NCBI GenBank assembly: GCA_051362555.1
Contig: CM120641.1
Coordinates: 31,936,401-32,000,400, forward strand
Direction of reading: 5' to 3'
Length of the DNA stretch: 64,000 nt
From: Lingula anatina
Taxonomy: Eukaryota > Animalia > Brachiopoda
The notes under the pieces were generated by a model, which saw nothing but the letters and a program-made list of their open reading frames with translations, was not told the DNA's origin and ran no database searches. Below are positions 1 to 14,400 of the stretch, piece by piece (position 1 is the first letter of the stretch; each line of letters begins with the position of its first letter). Both the position numbers and the translations under genes were made by a program.

Positions 1-880
1 TTCCAAATATTTAAGGGTAAAACGTAACACAGTTCCTCACATTCTGGTAACGGAACGTCGGTGCCGATGGGCCGTGAGTAAATTGGCCTAGACTGGCCGG
101 CGTAAGTGGATGCAAATACTGTGGCCTTTTCTTATTCAAAGCGCTACAATTAGTGGTGGCGCCGAGGCCGTGTACAGTCTATTTATTGGACTGAGGCCAT
201 CAAGGGCAATTATCTTCTGTCGTCATTGAAAGGTTTTATTTCTCTAATCAAAATCAATCTGGGATTAGGCCAGAGCAAATAAGGGGCATTGGCAAGCAGG
301 CAGTTCATTATAAAATATCCACTTGGACAGGATTTTTACCCTAGTTATGTATGAGGGATGTTTATCTATCCTGAACATGGTATTAAGAAGTGGGCTTTGT
401 AACAGGCAAAATCCTAAATATATCTAACATTTTTTTCTTGATTTGTTAATATTGAAATGAATGAAAATAATACTTTTTTTTGTCATTTTGGAAAAGTACT
501 TAAAATAAGAAAATTATGAGATCCCAATCACAACTATGATAAAATGTTTTTTGCCTTATCCTTAATAGCTATTTAGCATTTTTTTTATTTCTCTAGTTTT
601 TATTTCAGCCACTGCTGCAAGGGATAAATTTGCAACAGTTCAAAATATCTAGGGACTTTTGTTTTTTTAGTTCACCTTGAAAAACACTCAGTCACTCATT
701 CAAAAAGAGTAAAATTTGTGAATTTTTTAAAACTCTCCCTCTCTGTGCTATGTGAGATTTAAAACATTCTGAACATTCTCTTCCAAGTGCGACTACCTGA
801 CTGAAATTTATTAAAGGCATTGTGTAATTCTACATAAAAAAAGAATAAAAACTATATGGTTTCTTTTACTTTTTATCCAG

Positions 881-937
881 ACTGCCCTCCTCCATCGTAC
901 ACAGAAGCACTTCAAGAACGGGTAAAGCCACTAGAAG
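881..937 (+). CDS. Smad6/7: Inhibitory Smad (Smad6/7) internal exon with PY motif
   Basis: Acceptor ctttttatccag, donor gtatgc; 57 nt, phase 1-1; reads (D)CPPPSYTEALQERVKPLE, resembling the ESPPPPYS...KP exon of vertebrate SMAD6/7. The upstream MH1 exon lies outside the window. Confidence 0.9.
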
Positions 938-1803
938 GTATGCAAACACAAAATTTGACACTAGCAGTGAAGATTTAGTCTACTGTATTTTCCTGTGACA
1001 TTGTGTGTAAAAAAATGTCATTACATACTTGGTAACTCTGGATATGCCAGTATAGAGAATTGATCAAAGTTGATATAACATCAACCAGAAGAATTTTCTG
1101 TGGGAAATGTTTCATTGCCATTCTGTTTGCTGTGAAATACCTCTGCGTCAGTGTGCAGTTAGGAAGAACTTGGTGTGCCAGTAAATGGTTACATTTTTAT
1201 ACATTGTTTAGATATGTTACAAGGACCATATGGAACAGGAACCTTTCAGTAATGCTGGCAGAAATAGTAGTGGATTGTATACTTTGGGGTTCTCTTACCA
1301 GCCTGTTTAAAGCCTGTGCAAGATAGCTCAAGCTCATTTTGAATAAAGCACCGATTAATTTGTCAGTCCTGTCTGATTGGGGATTTTACTCATTAGGAAC
1401 TGCTTAATTATGAAATGCACATTATTGCTAATCAATGCTTGTGTTTATGTTGAAAGCCATTGTGCCATTATAAGGAAGTTAATAGATAAATTGTTTGGTA
1501 GTATTCTATATATATTAAAGTATTAAACTATTTACTGCCTGGAACAGCATCACTTCTTATGGCTGTCTATGGGAGGGGACATTGAGGTATTCCAACCATT
1601 GGTTTTGCACTTTTTTTTTTAAGAATGAAAAAAAAACTTTAACTTTACTTGAGGTGTGTTGAATGCAAGTATGACACTTTATCTTGACATGTGGTATATA
1701 ATAATATAGTTTAATAAAACATGTATTATTTTTCCTAACATTTTGTACTCTTTATCTGCAACACAGATAAACAGCTCATGTTTTTCTCTCTCTCTCTCAC
1801 TAG

Positions 1804-1875
1804 ACCCAGAGGCTTCAGTGGTGTCTACAGAAACAGGAGGTACTCCATCAGAACTCAGGCTAACTTACATTACAG
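1804..1875 (+). CDS. Smad6/7: Smad6/7 linker exon
   Basis: Acceptor (ct)n-cactag, donor gtgagt; 72 nt, phase 1-1; reads DPEASVVSTETGGTPSELRLTYIT, matching the SMAD7 linker motif S-AETGGT. Confidence 0.9.
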
Positions 1876-4800
1876 GTGAGTCCTTGATTCTATGTTAAGA
1901 AAAAGATTGAAAAAATGTTTTATAAGAAAAATCTATGTATAGTTCTTGTGAGAGAATTTTATGCTTGATTTTCAGATGGTTGTCTTGAAGGTAGGAAATT
2001 GAAATGATTTGTTTGAAACATCATAATAAATTGAAGTCAAAGAAAAAGGAGGATATAGTTAGGGATCAGAATGGTGGTATGATGTCTTTCAAAGTACTTA
2101 CCTGTAGCTAACTCCAGAAATGTGCAAGAGGGAGAAAATGGAGTTTTTTAATGCATTGCCTTTCCTTCAAATCTAGTTTTCAGAGTGGTTTGAATTGGAT
2201 TTAATTTTTGGGATGATGTCAACAGACTTAAAGATTTCAGTGCAATTTTCCAGATAAAAATCTTCTGATGTGATCACTTATCTACAGACTGATGAGATCA
2301 GTTATACAGGAAACTTGAAATGTATTTTAATTTGATTACCAACAAAGAGAGCCAAATTTTTTTTGCTTACTCCTTGGCAGTATATTTAGCCTGTGGAGTG
2401 CATGCATGCATTAAGTTAACTTAATTACTGTTGATGGAAGAAAACTGATACTGTAGTATAAGGAGTGTAGTCAGCATACATGCCAGAGTGTTAATTTCTT
2501 AGCCCCAGGGAAGGGGTGTATGTGATCTCAAAGACCTGCTAGGGTGTAGCATACCTGAATATAGTAGATTATTTTTACCCTCCCTAGATATATGATTATG
2601 TAGGTAGTTGTAGCAGTCAGCAGTAATCATTTTGGGTTAATAGATATTGACCAACTGTTTCATGTAATGAAAAATTGTATTATTTTCATATTGCTGTAGT
2701 GTTAGTTAGGGGTGGGGTGAGGGTCAAAGTGTTGCTCAGCTAGCCAGCTATATGCATGACATAAGAAAACTAGGAGCTTATGGAAGCAGTCCGTTGCTGA
2801 GTGTTGGGCATCTTTCTGCTCCTTGTGGCTGTCAGAGTGCCTTGCACTCAGTCACCCTCTTCCACCCACCGTGTTCCTCTGTCCAAATGCTGTCAGCTGG
2901 AAATGAAAGGGCGATGTACCCAGAAAGGGCAGCCCGCTGTGGACCGAGGTGAGCCCTGAATACAATAGCAACTCCTGCCATCCACAAGGCCAGTTTATAC
3001 CACCCACTGTAACTGTAATTTTTTTCTGTAATTTGGGATTTGCTGAGTGGCTCACTATGAGTTATCCAGTGTGGTGTGTTAACCATGGGAGGGGCTGTGT
3101 ATGTTAAACCCCCAGCGGGCAGAATGTGGATTATGCTGTAGTTTTCAGGATTTGTTGAGTGGCTGCAGTGGATTATGTGTCATTGTGCTATATTGTTCAG
3201 CCTCAGGATGATGAGGCAGTTATTAGGAGCTGGAAATGAAGGTGGTAGACCAAGGCCAGTTTCACAAAAGAATTTTCAAGCTGAAAGTTGTCCAACTTGA
3301 CTTGTTTTGACCAACAGTAAATCAGATGATGTTCACTTATCTGAAATAGTATTTTATAAGGGACACGAAAAGCTGTTGCATCTTCCTGTTAGTGGACTAC
3401 TGCAGATCAAAATTTTGATGTAGAAGCGAAGATCAATTTTTCATATTTTTAAGATGCCCCAAGTGAGAGGATGTTCTTCTGGTATCCTAGGTTGTAATGA
3501 CCAGCTCATTGAGTTAATAGCCCTCTGCTACGCCCTGTCTGCCAGCTACATAGGGCACTCTCAGCACTAAGCTGTATTATTTAGGGAAGTTTCTTTTCGT
3601 TTTTGTGTTCTAGAGGAGTAATAGTCAAATGAATTCTGTCTGGGATTCTTTTACACAATATCCAATTTTTTTCCAAAAAAGAAAAAAAATTCTTTTTGAC
3701 TAATTATTGCTTGGCCTATCCCTGCTTTAAAGTTCAGTGTTTTATACTTTTTCTAATTGAATAATTGATTCAGGGCTAAATGTCTGCCCAGACATTGAGA
3801 GAACCTACCTAGTAGAGAGAGCCATAGTCTCTGACATTTCACCAGGGTATATCATCAGGTACTTATTGAATTTTATAATTTGTAAAAGGACTAAATTGGG
3901 AAAGAGAAGTGCCTTTGCAGAATATTTACATGCAGAAAAGATTTCATGATACTGTGTCTTCATGATACTGTGTTTTCATGTGGTTTAAATGCAATAAGAA
4001 ATAGCAAGCTATGTTTTCTGAATTTTCAGTTTTTATAACTTTCACCCATGTTAATATGATGTGTTATGCAATCCAGGTAGTTTTGTCCAAGCTGCTGGCA
4101 TTATGTAATGAAGTTATTGTATGTAAACAGCATAAGACCTGGACGAAAGCTGACCAAAACCTTAAATTGTTCACAGTTTGTATTTATATAATTGGACTGT
4201 AAAATTGCAGTGCCAGTCATTTATTTGGCGATCCAAATCACTAATTTGTGGCTCTAAGTCACATACAGCAATTATTGTTTAATGTGCCGCCATGCACAAA
4301 AAATGGAAATATGTCAACCGAGGGAAAAACTATAATCACAGGACAGGTATGTTGTCCCATTAGAAAAACAATTGAATATGTGTATTATTCTTAATTTGAA
4401 AGTGTATTATGATACAAGTATTTATCTATGTTTGGTAACAAGCCTTCCACTGGTAAATTTTACAGCTAAGCCCTGCTATTAGGCACTTCTTTCAGCCCAA
4501 TGATGGGTTTTGTAACTCAAAGTGGAAAAGGAATGTTGGGGTGGTAAGGTAATTGTTCACTGAATACCTGCAGCAATTTTAATGGTTGCCATACCCAGGA
4601 TACATGTTGTACCATTGGATAACGGAATTTTTGCATTTATCTCTCGATTACTAAATGCATGATGGATGGCTACTTGTGTCTCTTTCTCTAAGTGAAATGG
4701 AACATAAAAATTTTATGAATAAGTCTTTTTTATTTATATCTGAAAGAACTCCAGCTTACAGACATTCGTCCATCGGGTGTTAAAGCCAAACATGCTTTCA

Positions 4801-6662
4801 GTAGCCTCTAATAATTACTTGTTTAGTAACCGTATGTGCAGGTATGACCATTTGCAGGTTGGTCAGAATGTTTTGCACACAACCTGGCAGATAAAAAATG
4901 ATAACATTTTAAGTCACATCTTTTTGTGATCATTATCCTGCATTTGTATATATGGAGCATTTTATAAATAAAACTGTCATTAATGGAGATGTGTTATATG
5001 GAGAAGTAGGAATACCTAGGGTCTGGCAGAACAAAAGCTTTTAAAGTTATGAAGATGGGCTATTAAGTTAATGGTCTTTCCCGTTATTCCATTATACGGA
5101 GGGTCTGATTTTACCAGGCATGACTGCTCTAAAGCCTGTTTGGTGAGCTGCTATGGAGAGAATACCAAAATAGGATTACCTATGAAGGTGGTCTGGGTCT
5201 CGTGAATTTATCTTGATTTTTTAACATATTTTGAAGGTGTTATTGTGAAAAGTATGATAGGCAGATGTATATATAAAGAAAGTCCATAAAACTGTTTTGT
5301 TTTGAACATTTTTGTCTTTTTGTTTCATCTGTTAGTTAGTAGAACTCAGTTAAATAGCAGCCTGAGATATGGTCCATGTTAAGTTTTATGTCATTTCCTC
5401 ATTATAATTCTTCTGCAGCCTTGTAACTGTTGCTTGCATCCAAAACAAATATATTTGCTTGCTTGAAAGAACCTGGGTTTCTTTAACTCCATGTTAATGA
5501 CCATTTCCCCTTCGTTAAGTGGAAATTTGATCAGTGGGTTCTGCCCCAAACTGCGATATTTTCTAAATTTTAGTAGGCAAAGCTGTGCAGCTCCATCCAT
5601 CAGGTTGAATGGAGCCCAAATTACCTTAGACGTGGATATTTAACCAACAGCCACTGAGGGGAAAGACTGAGAAAGGAGGGGATCCAAAGGCACTGAACCT
5701 GATGTTAAATAGTAGGACGACAAATGAAATGCATTGTATTGTTTGGAGATTTCTCTATAACTCAAGGTTTGGCTGGTAACCTGGTAGGAAGAGAATTCAA
5801 CTTGGGATACCATTCCAGGCAATTTTAGAATTATAAATTAACTGAAGATTTCTTCTACACATTTGTCAATATTCCTGTTTTGTCCATATTTACATTCTGT
5901 GTGTCTATGATAGGAAGGTCTGGTGTGGAATAAAGTATAGGACCTTACACCAGTATTGAACTATAATTGAAATATCTCCACATCCTAATAGATGGGAATG
6001 TGATAATATGAAAGGTGTGATCTAAAGATCAGAAAACTTTCTCGGATATGAAAAAGCACCAGTTTGACAGGGAGATTTAAGCAATCCCTTCACTGACCTA
6101 TCTACTGGATGGCTTAAAGCCTGCCGTGTTGCTATGGTGTCACTCTTTCTCCACTTAACACTATGTCAGGACTCTGTTGGTCATGGGATTAGTATTTGTT
6201 TGTCTCTCTCCTGTGTTAGGAATCAAAACACTATTTATTTATGTAGTTTATAAATGTACACTGTTGATTCATTACAATTTGGAATATGTGTATTAGTTTA
6301 TCAACATTCAGTTGTAGGTTATTAGTAGTTACAGGCAGGCGTGTGTGATTGTACTCACATGTTTCTGTGGGTTTTGTTAGGGTGCAAAGAGATGATACTT
6401 ATGATTCTAAGGTGTGCTGACAATTAAACAATCACAGCACCTTATATTCCTCATTCGGTTTTCCTTTTATTGAGATAAAGTGTTTTGTGAATATAATAAT
6501 TATCAGAATTTGCATCAAAACTGTGTTGGATTTTCAAATGCTCGTCTTGTTACTTGTGGCACTGAAGTTTGGTAACAAACGCCCCACTCACTAAATGTAG
6601 TGCACCCTGGGAGCTTGATTTTAAGAACCCGAATATAACTGTTCCTTTACATTAAGTGTTTT

Positions 6663-6663
6663 C

Positions 6664-6700
<37 letters not shown>
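6663..6700. repeat. (TAT)n microsatellite
   Basis: Direct reading. Confidence 0.9.
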
Positions 6701-7640
6701 TGCTAGTTCTCAAGGTAACAGGCCTTGGTGTGACGTGGGCCTAGTAATGAATGCTGTTGTGTTGTTTTCTGTCTTTTGTGAGCAACACATTAGTTATAGC
6801 TGTTCTGTTTCCCTGTTACTGCTGGAGAATTTAATGACAAACTGATGGCACCACACAAACAGAAATAACTTAAGTTCTCAAAAAGTAAAACTGGTGTATT
6901 GGGATAGTCCTGCGTAGAAGTTGGCAGTCTTGAAAAGGCCAAGTGATAGCAGTTTTTTACAAAAGTTTACAATGTAGGAATTAACAAGTGTTACATATAC
7001 TTGAAACATTCTGTTTTTGGTAGTGGTTGATTAAAAATTGAGCAGCTGTGGGTTAGGCAAACCGTTGAATAAATGTATACTCTGAGAAAATTATGTTGTC
7101 ATAATTATGTGGGCTTCTTTACCTTCTCTTTTGAAAAATGAACATTTACACTGCTATCATGTATATCAAGTTACTTTGAATTATTGAGATTTTTTATTTT
7201 GATGTACACAATTGTTTCATATCATATTAATATTATACATAATTTTGGCCTTGCGAGTACTATCATATAAATGCAAACTCTGTTTAAGCAGAGACCTGCT
7301 GAGTTTACTTGTTGAAAGTCAGGCCTTGACATGAACAGTTGGGTGGTTACGTTTTGCAAAAACTCTTCACTCTGGCAACCAAATCTTGACCAGCGGTTGT
7401 CCGACAACACAATTGATTTATAATACTAATTTATAATAATAATAATAATAATAAAGTTACCCGAGCACGTGCATTTGAGGATTACCCAGAGTAGTGTAAA
7501 AATAGATAAACCTTGCTTTTTTTCAGTTTTGTGTGATGAGTGCAATTCCCATGCAATGACAGACTATTTGGATATTGACAGATTGTTGGTTGAATGGTCT
7601 TGGTCTTGGTAGCTAGACAGGTGTTCTGTTCATGCCTGAT

Positions 7641-7641
<1 letters not shown>

Positions 7642-7693
<52 letters not shown>
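7642..7693. repeat. (AT)n(AG)n compound microsatellite
   Basis: Direct reading. Confidence 0.95.
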
Positions 7694-7695
<2 letters not shown>

Positions 7696-8862
7696 TGTTT
7701 TTTTTCAAGAACTCACAAAGTTAAAATGTTTTTAACTTGGCATAGTTACTCCGTATATGCTGATCAGTCACAAAACCTACTTTATTAAAAAAAAAAAAGA
7801 TTATCTCTTGACTTTACATATATAGTGAACATTTGTAGTCTTGGTTTTCAGTGTCAGTAATGGGACTTCTACTTCTTACAATTCACAATTTGTCTGTAAC
7901 TTTTACTGTTAATAAAAGTCAAGCAAGCAATGTAACCTTAACTGTTGACAATAGACAACAAGTAGTCTCAGTTCTGTAGTTAACAAAGGCTCTCCTAGAC
8001 TAGCTGGTGCTCATTTCAGTATTCAGCACTGCACAATCAAGGTAAGCCTATCCCTCCTCCTGTTGTTAACTTTAAGTTGAGTAACATGAAGTGCCGCCCT
8101 ACAGATAGACACACCATCATCTCAGTCACCGCTGGCGCCAATGCCTTATCTGTGCAATCAGGCCCGCTCAACTCACCTCTCCGGCTGACCTTGCTGCCAC
8201 ACATTACCAGTCACACTGTTTTAACACTCTTCTTACCATGGGAGACAAATACAGCTTCATGGCTTGCCTTGCACACTGCTATACTTGCACAGAGTCACAT
8301 TGTTTTCAACTTCACCTAGATGAGTGTGAGAGGCATTAGTTTACTACATTTCAAACACAACGTACACAGTTACATTGTTTTACAAGATTAGTACACGCTA
8401 CCCTCACAGGCTTAATGTCAAGCACCGACTTGGGGGAAGAAATGGAACTGTTATTAAATTGGATGTTACTGTTACACTTTTTAAACTATGGCACTTGAGT
8501 CTATCTGGCTGCCAAGACAGCCAGGTTGATACAGGTGAACATATTCAGGATATATATTTATGAAACAGCATGCACAACTGTCCCAGAGGGTGTAACAGAC
8601 CTTTACCAAAATATTCTTGTCCATGCTCAGAAGATAAATAATAATAAAAGGCATCTTAAATCACACCTGCACATAAAGGTACTTAACATAGGGATTTTGC
8701 TGTCTGAAGTCTTATTATAGTTCAGATTGTCTTTGTTTACATATGTTAAGCATAATGCACTGGACATCCTTTTTTGATGGGAAATTGATCCCCCTTCTCA
8801 AAAAATACAATTTTTTGTAGCTATAATGCAAGGAATGATTGATTTAAAACCAAGTAAAAAAA

Positions 8863-8863
<1 letters not shown>

Positions 8864-8922
<59 letters not shown>
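8864..8922. repeat. (TA)n microsatellite
   Basis: Direct reading. Confidence 0.95.
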
Positions 8923-8926
<4 letters not shown>

Positions 8927-11144
8927 AAGAAATGTTAAAATCCCAGTGTAGGGCATTATCATTTTTACACGGATTAATTGTTTAGACAAAACTAGCAAAG
9001 GCATCAATTTTTTTTTAATCATCCATAATGTTTCACACTGTCTCTTCATTCTTGTTGTTTTATTTATCCTAAAGATTGTCAGCCTTTTACTTTAAATCCT
9101 GGGTCACTTGCATGCTTGGACTGTGACATGGCTCTGCACTGTAGATGTGCAGGTATTTTTTAGGTAAATGTCCTATTGTCATCCAGTTATGTTGTGTGCA
9201 GTGGTTTCATGTAAGCATTTTACTAGTATGTGACAGAATGTTGAATGTGGTACTCTGCACCTTTGTCTTGTCCAATTTTTGGGCAAAGAGAGAGGGTGGG
9301 TAAGGGGATTACCAGTGAAACACCAGATGATATCCACTTAGAACTTTGTTAACAATTGAAAGGTTTAATACATCTAATTACAAATGACATGAAGTTATGT
9401 CACAGTTTAAGTGTTCAATAAACATTAATTGATTTATGTTATTCAGCTGAAGTGCACTAACTTCTTCAGTTCAGCATTTTATGGCTTGCGGAAAGTGCAG
9501 TGTTTTGGGTAGTATTAGAGATTTTACTGAAATATGGACAGTCCTGACTGAAGTGCCCTGTGTCTGGTTAGAGGAGGGTTAGGAACAGTTGGGGTGGTTT
9601 TTGTGTACTTAACGGCTTTAGTCCAGAGCCAGACCGGAGCCTGAGTAGGAGCCAGTTCCAACACTCCTGTGCTGGGGAATGGTTGATATGTTTGTGAAAG
9701 CAGCACTTGTTAGAAAGTCAAACTCTTGAGGGGGACTCTAAATTGTTGGCTCTCCTTGAAGGCAAGGGCTTTCAGGATTTATGATTAACGTGTATGCCTA
9801 AAGAACAGGAATCATGGGTTGACAAGGAAAATGTTTTCTTTGCTACATATTGCTGTAGTTTCGTTTACCAGCTGAATGAATTACTTTGATTAAACCAAAA
9901 TTTATTAGAAATTTTTTATGCTCACTTATTTGAAAACTATATGTGTTGATAGAAGTAAATGGTAATATGTTTAACTAAAAAGTTGAGTGCAAACTAATGT
10001 GAAGGCAACATCTTTCCCAGTAAGTAATCACATTAAGGAACTATGACTGAACATAGAATTTCTAGTCTCCAGCCTGGTTTGTTTGGAATTTTGATGCTAG
10101 GAGTGTTTTAACTGTCTGGAGCCATTGACGACAGGGCTGCCTGCAAACTGACTGGATATTTATGTCTGCCATCTACTAAAGTGATGCTATCCAAGCCAAA
10201 CAGCTGTAGTATTGGAGCCAGGAAGGAGTCAAGGTGGATGTCTCAATGAAGGGGATTTGCCATAACTGTGGTTCTTGGAAAAAGAGCACAATCATCTCTG
10301 TGAAGATTGTGAGGTCCACAGTATAAGGGACAAGTTAACAGTTTCATATTGTCAGGAGTTCATGAAATAATCATAAGATCATATGTGTTATTTTTGTTGA
10401 ATTACTTTTAATATTAGTGGTTTAGTGACTGTTTGAGTGTTCATGTAAAACTATTAAAAAGATCACATTTTATATTTGTTTATAACTAAATCACATGGTG
10501 AAAGTAGTAGCTTATGATGACTTATATAAAGTAATCTGCTGTTAAGATCAGGGTGGAGAGTGGTACTCTTATATCCATTTAGATAATACATGTCTCTATT
10601 TCTCCAGTCAGTATTATCACAGAGTACTGGAAAACAAAGGCATTCCCTTTCCTTGTGAATAATGGTTTTCAGCAGGCGACAATAATATGATGACAGTCTG
10701 GGTGTTCTGAATATTTATGAATGGGGATCATTGAGATAGCCTTAATCTTGGGACTGAAAGCCTTTCCACATTTATATCTTAACGGTACACCTCTACAGGT
10801 ATGGTTTGTGAGATTGACATTGACCCCTTATTACATAAGAGAGTAATCTAAACTGGTACCATGCAAATATATTGTTTGTATGCATGTTCACAGTTGTTTT
10901 GGTATGTAAAGGTCTTTGTGGGATTTTTTTTTCTTTTGATTCTTGGTGCTGCTGTTTGTCTTATTGTGTGCTTTATTATTGAACTGTATATAACATATCT
11001 GGCCAGGACACTTGCTCCTTGGAAAGTGATTAGTGGTCTCTTAATTTGCTCTTTCTTTCATGACCACACATAATGTGCTCATATATGGCTCCAGTCTTCT
11101 TTGTTTTCATTCTTCTTTTCCTCTTTATTTGCTCCGCATACTAA

Positions 11145-11415
11145 GACTGCGTTCCCATAAACCCATCATACTAGCTGGATCGATCTATCTCTGCAGGGCT
11201 TCTTGCTGAAGCTTACTGTCAGTGTAATCGGCTTAATTGTCTGCCACACCCCCTTGAATAACCAGTAGGGGTTAATTGACTATCATTAATTACCCCCCTA
11301 GCAGCTTGAGTAGGTGTGCCAGACATTTAAGCTGCTTACTCTGAATAGAATTTAGTGAGAATCCACGCAGAGTTTGATGGATCCAGCTGGTGCGAGGAGT
11401 TTATGGGAACGTTCC
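11145..11415. mobile_element. Palindromic MITE, PIF/Harbinger-like
   Basis: CGTTCCCATAAAC (11150-11162) / GTTTATGGGAACG (11399-11411); imperfect fold-back along the whole length; TAA on both flanks. Confidence 0.75.
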
Positions 11416-14400
11416 TAAAGGCTCCATGGGTCCAGTTCTCCTTGCCAGCAGTGAAAGAGTTGATGGAGAATTTCCCCAGAGCAAAGGGGATCAAATTGGA
11501 ACTGCTATCTACTTTCACTGCTAGCATTTTGCTGCATTAGTCAAATTTGGTGTCTTTTGATGCAGAAATAAATGCAGCAGACTCTCAGGAGGCACCTGAA
11601 ATTTAACTGCATTCAGAATTTTTCAAAAATATGGGATAGGTGTTTTCTTCATCTTTTTCATACTTAATGCATTCCTACTGGCTTCTACCAATGATATGAT
11701 ATTGAGAAGAGGAGTAAAGCTTGAAAAAAGGGATAATGAACTTGATTTCAATTCAGTAAACTACCTATGAAAAAGCAGAAAAAAGAAAAGAAAAAAAAAC
11801 ACAGCTTCAGATTATTAGGGTTTAACCTTTGAAATTATTTCCGGAAGTTCCCTATCATTAGACAGGATTATGTACCAACAAATGGCCAGGTAATTTATGA
11901 TATTTGTTTTTCTGTTTTTTAAAAGCAGTTCCTCCTGGTCTCCCCCCAAAATGAGAAATGAAAACCTGGTTAGTGTTCATGGTGTCCTCTTCCCCTCCTG
12001 ACCTTTTGTTAAGTGAATGTAAGGGGTATAAGAATGGGAGTGGGGTTGTGTGCCTTTTATCAAACAGCACACATAGCCTGGCTCTCTGTTGCCTACATTT
12101 ACACACGTGAGTTTGCAAATACAACCACCATATTGTGTTGATTCGTTTTAACCTACTTGACATCAGTGCTTTTGAAAGGCAAACTAATCAGTGGTAACCC
12201 TGAAGAAAAGATGGGTTGGCCTGTCCCCACCCTCCTTTGGTGTCAGACCCCATCCTCCACCCCCACCCCCCACACATACATACCTTCTTCAGGTGACCCT
12301 GTGTTCCACTGCACCATATTTATAAAAAGTATCAGTAAGAGAACATAAGAAAAAAATTTGACATGTACAAACTGAATGGCCTGACTTGATTGATTGAAAT
12401 AGTGATTTTTTTTTTTCTTTTGCTCATATTAAAATGCCTGCGCTCCCTTTGGCTAACTTGCAGTTTTATTTCAGCATATCTACATATCACCTAAAAGTGG
12501 ATTTTATTTTTATGGCTTTGGACTCAAATGACAGCTAATAGTTTCCTAACACACCTAGGCCCCAAAAAAATTTTTAAAGGCACCAGTAAGGAACCCATTA
12601 GACAAAATGATATAACCGTCTAACTCATCAAATAAATTAAAAAGACAAGTGATAATTAGTAATTGAATTATAGAAGTTATGTTCTTCTGCATATTTTTAG
12701 GCATATTTTAGTTGAAACTCCATGTGTCATAAGTGATGCTACCTATGACCTGGTGTGATCTATGGTGACATATTTACCTTGTGGTCACACAGGCTGGTGA
12801 CAAATCACTGGGGTTTTTTTTCTGTACTGGAGACAAAGAATCCTTGACAGACCTATAAGTAGACCAATGGATTATTTGTGTCAAGTTAAATTGTGATTAA
12901 GTCCGGCTGATAAACCATGTTCTGTTCTTTCCCTCCCTCTTCTCTCTCTCTCTCTTTCTGACACGCACACACCTACCCATACACGCACACACATATTCTG
13001 TAGCACACTGTGGTATTTCAGACCCATTAGCACATGGCTGCACGTTCAAAGAAAGTTAATCTCTCTGCTTAAGCTTCCTTTCCCTTTGCCAATTTTGTGT
13101 AACCTAACCCGCCCCTCTCCCCACAGGTCAAGACTTTGAGAAAACCAGGCAGACTAATTGCCATAACAAAATGTTTTAATATTCTCACACAGGAATTTCA
13201 CAAACTCCGATGTCCCTAAAACAAAATACTTCATTGGTGGAGAAGCTATTGTAAAAATTTGGCGTGTAACTGAAGAACTGCTAAGATATAAATTGAATTT
13301 ATTGTCATTTTGCTATCACTTTTGTAGAATTTCAAACTGAAACTCTGTGTGTGTGTGTGTGTGTATTCAAAATTTTCTTTACCTTAAATATATGTAGCAT
13401 TCACTTTGGTTACTAGAAAGTTGAAAAAAAAAATGAAATTGTGTGAAACATAGTTTCTTGACAACATATTCAATATAGGCACAAGGTAAATTACATCAAA
13501 AATGGCTTTGGCTTCTAGACCTAAATTCTTCCCTGATCTGTACAGGGTAGTCATGAGAACAAGTCCTCTTGAATTTTGATCCGCGTAAACATGAAACAAT
13601 AGTAGCAAGAGCACACATAAAGTGTTCAAATAGAGGCAGCTATTTGAACTGTCTGAGGAGGCCATTGTATCTGAATTGAGGCACACAAAGAGGGCTATGC
13701 CCCAACCCTCAAGCTACACTTTTAATACAAACATCTCCATTAACACACAGATCTTGTATGCCAACTTAAGGGTTGTAGGGGGAACGGGAGGAAGTGATGA
13801 AATAATGGAGGTCCCACTGTGAATTATTTTATTTAAATCTAGTTTTTTCTTTCCTTTCTTTGGCAAACTTTCCCATTTCTCTCTCATGCTCTCTCTCTCA
13901 AGTCTACAACACATAATAAAAAAGATTAGTTTGTCTAAACAGGACACTGTTATTTGGAGAGAAATGGTGTAGAAATAAGAAGTTCACAGCAGAACTTCAA
14001 CTGAGGAACCTGAGTCTCTGAATGTTTTAGAGATGCTGTAATTAGTTGACATTGGCACTGGGACAGGGGTTCCCAGTATCTCATTTTATGTGTGTTGATG
14101 CCAAGTCAGAGCCATATACACTCCAACTTCTTTCTGGATAAATTCCCAGAATCTTTAGAGCTTCACGCAGAACTGCTTTAGGCTTGTGTGAGGAAAATTG
14201 CAGTTTAAGAAAAAGCATTAGACCTCACTATGAAAGGTGGCCTTATAAAGACAAATGCATTTTTGAACCTGCCTGTTGTGGTTTCAGAAAAATATGATTT
14301 AATAGTTTTGTTTGCAACCAAAAGATGCTATATTTGATATACTTGATTAGTTTGTAGGTTAGTGGTAAAATATGTTGAAAATATGTTGAATTTGGAAACT

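Noticed and set aside
8020-8041. Additional micro-exon ending at AAG|gtaagc
   Set aside because: The better acceptor gives 22 nt (frameshift); the 15-nt alternative has a poor pyrimidine tract.
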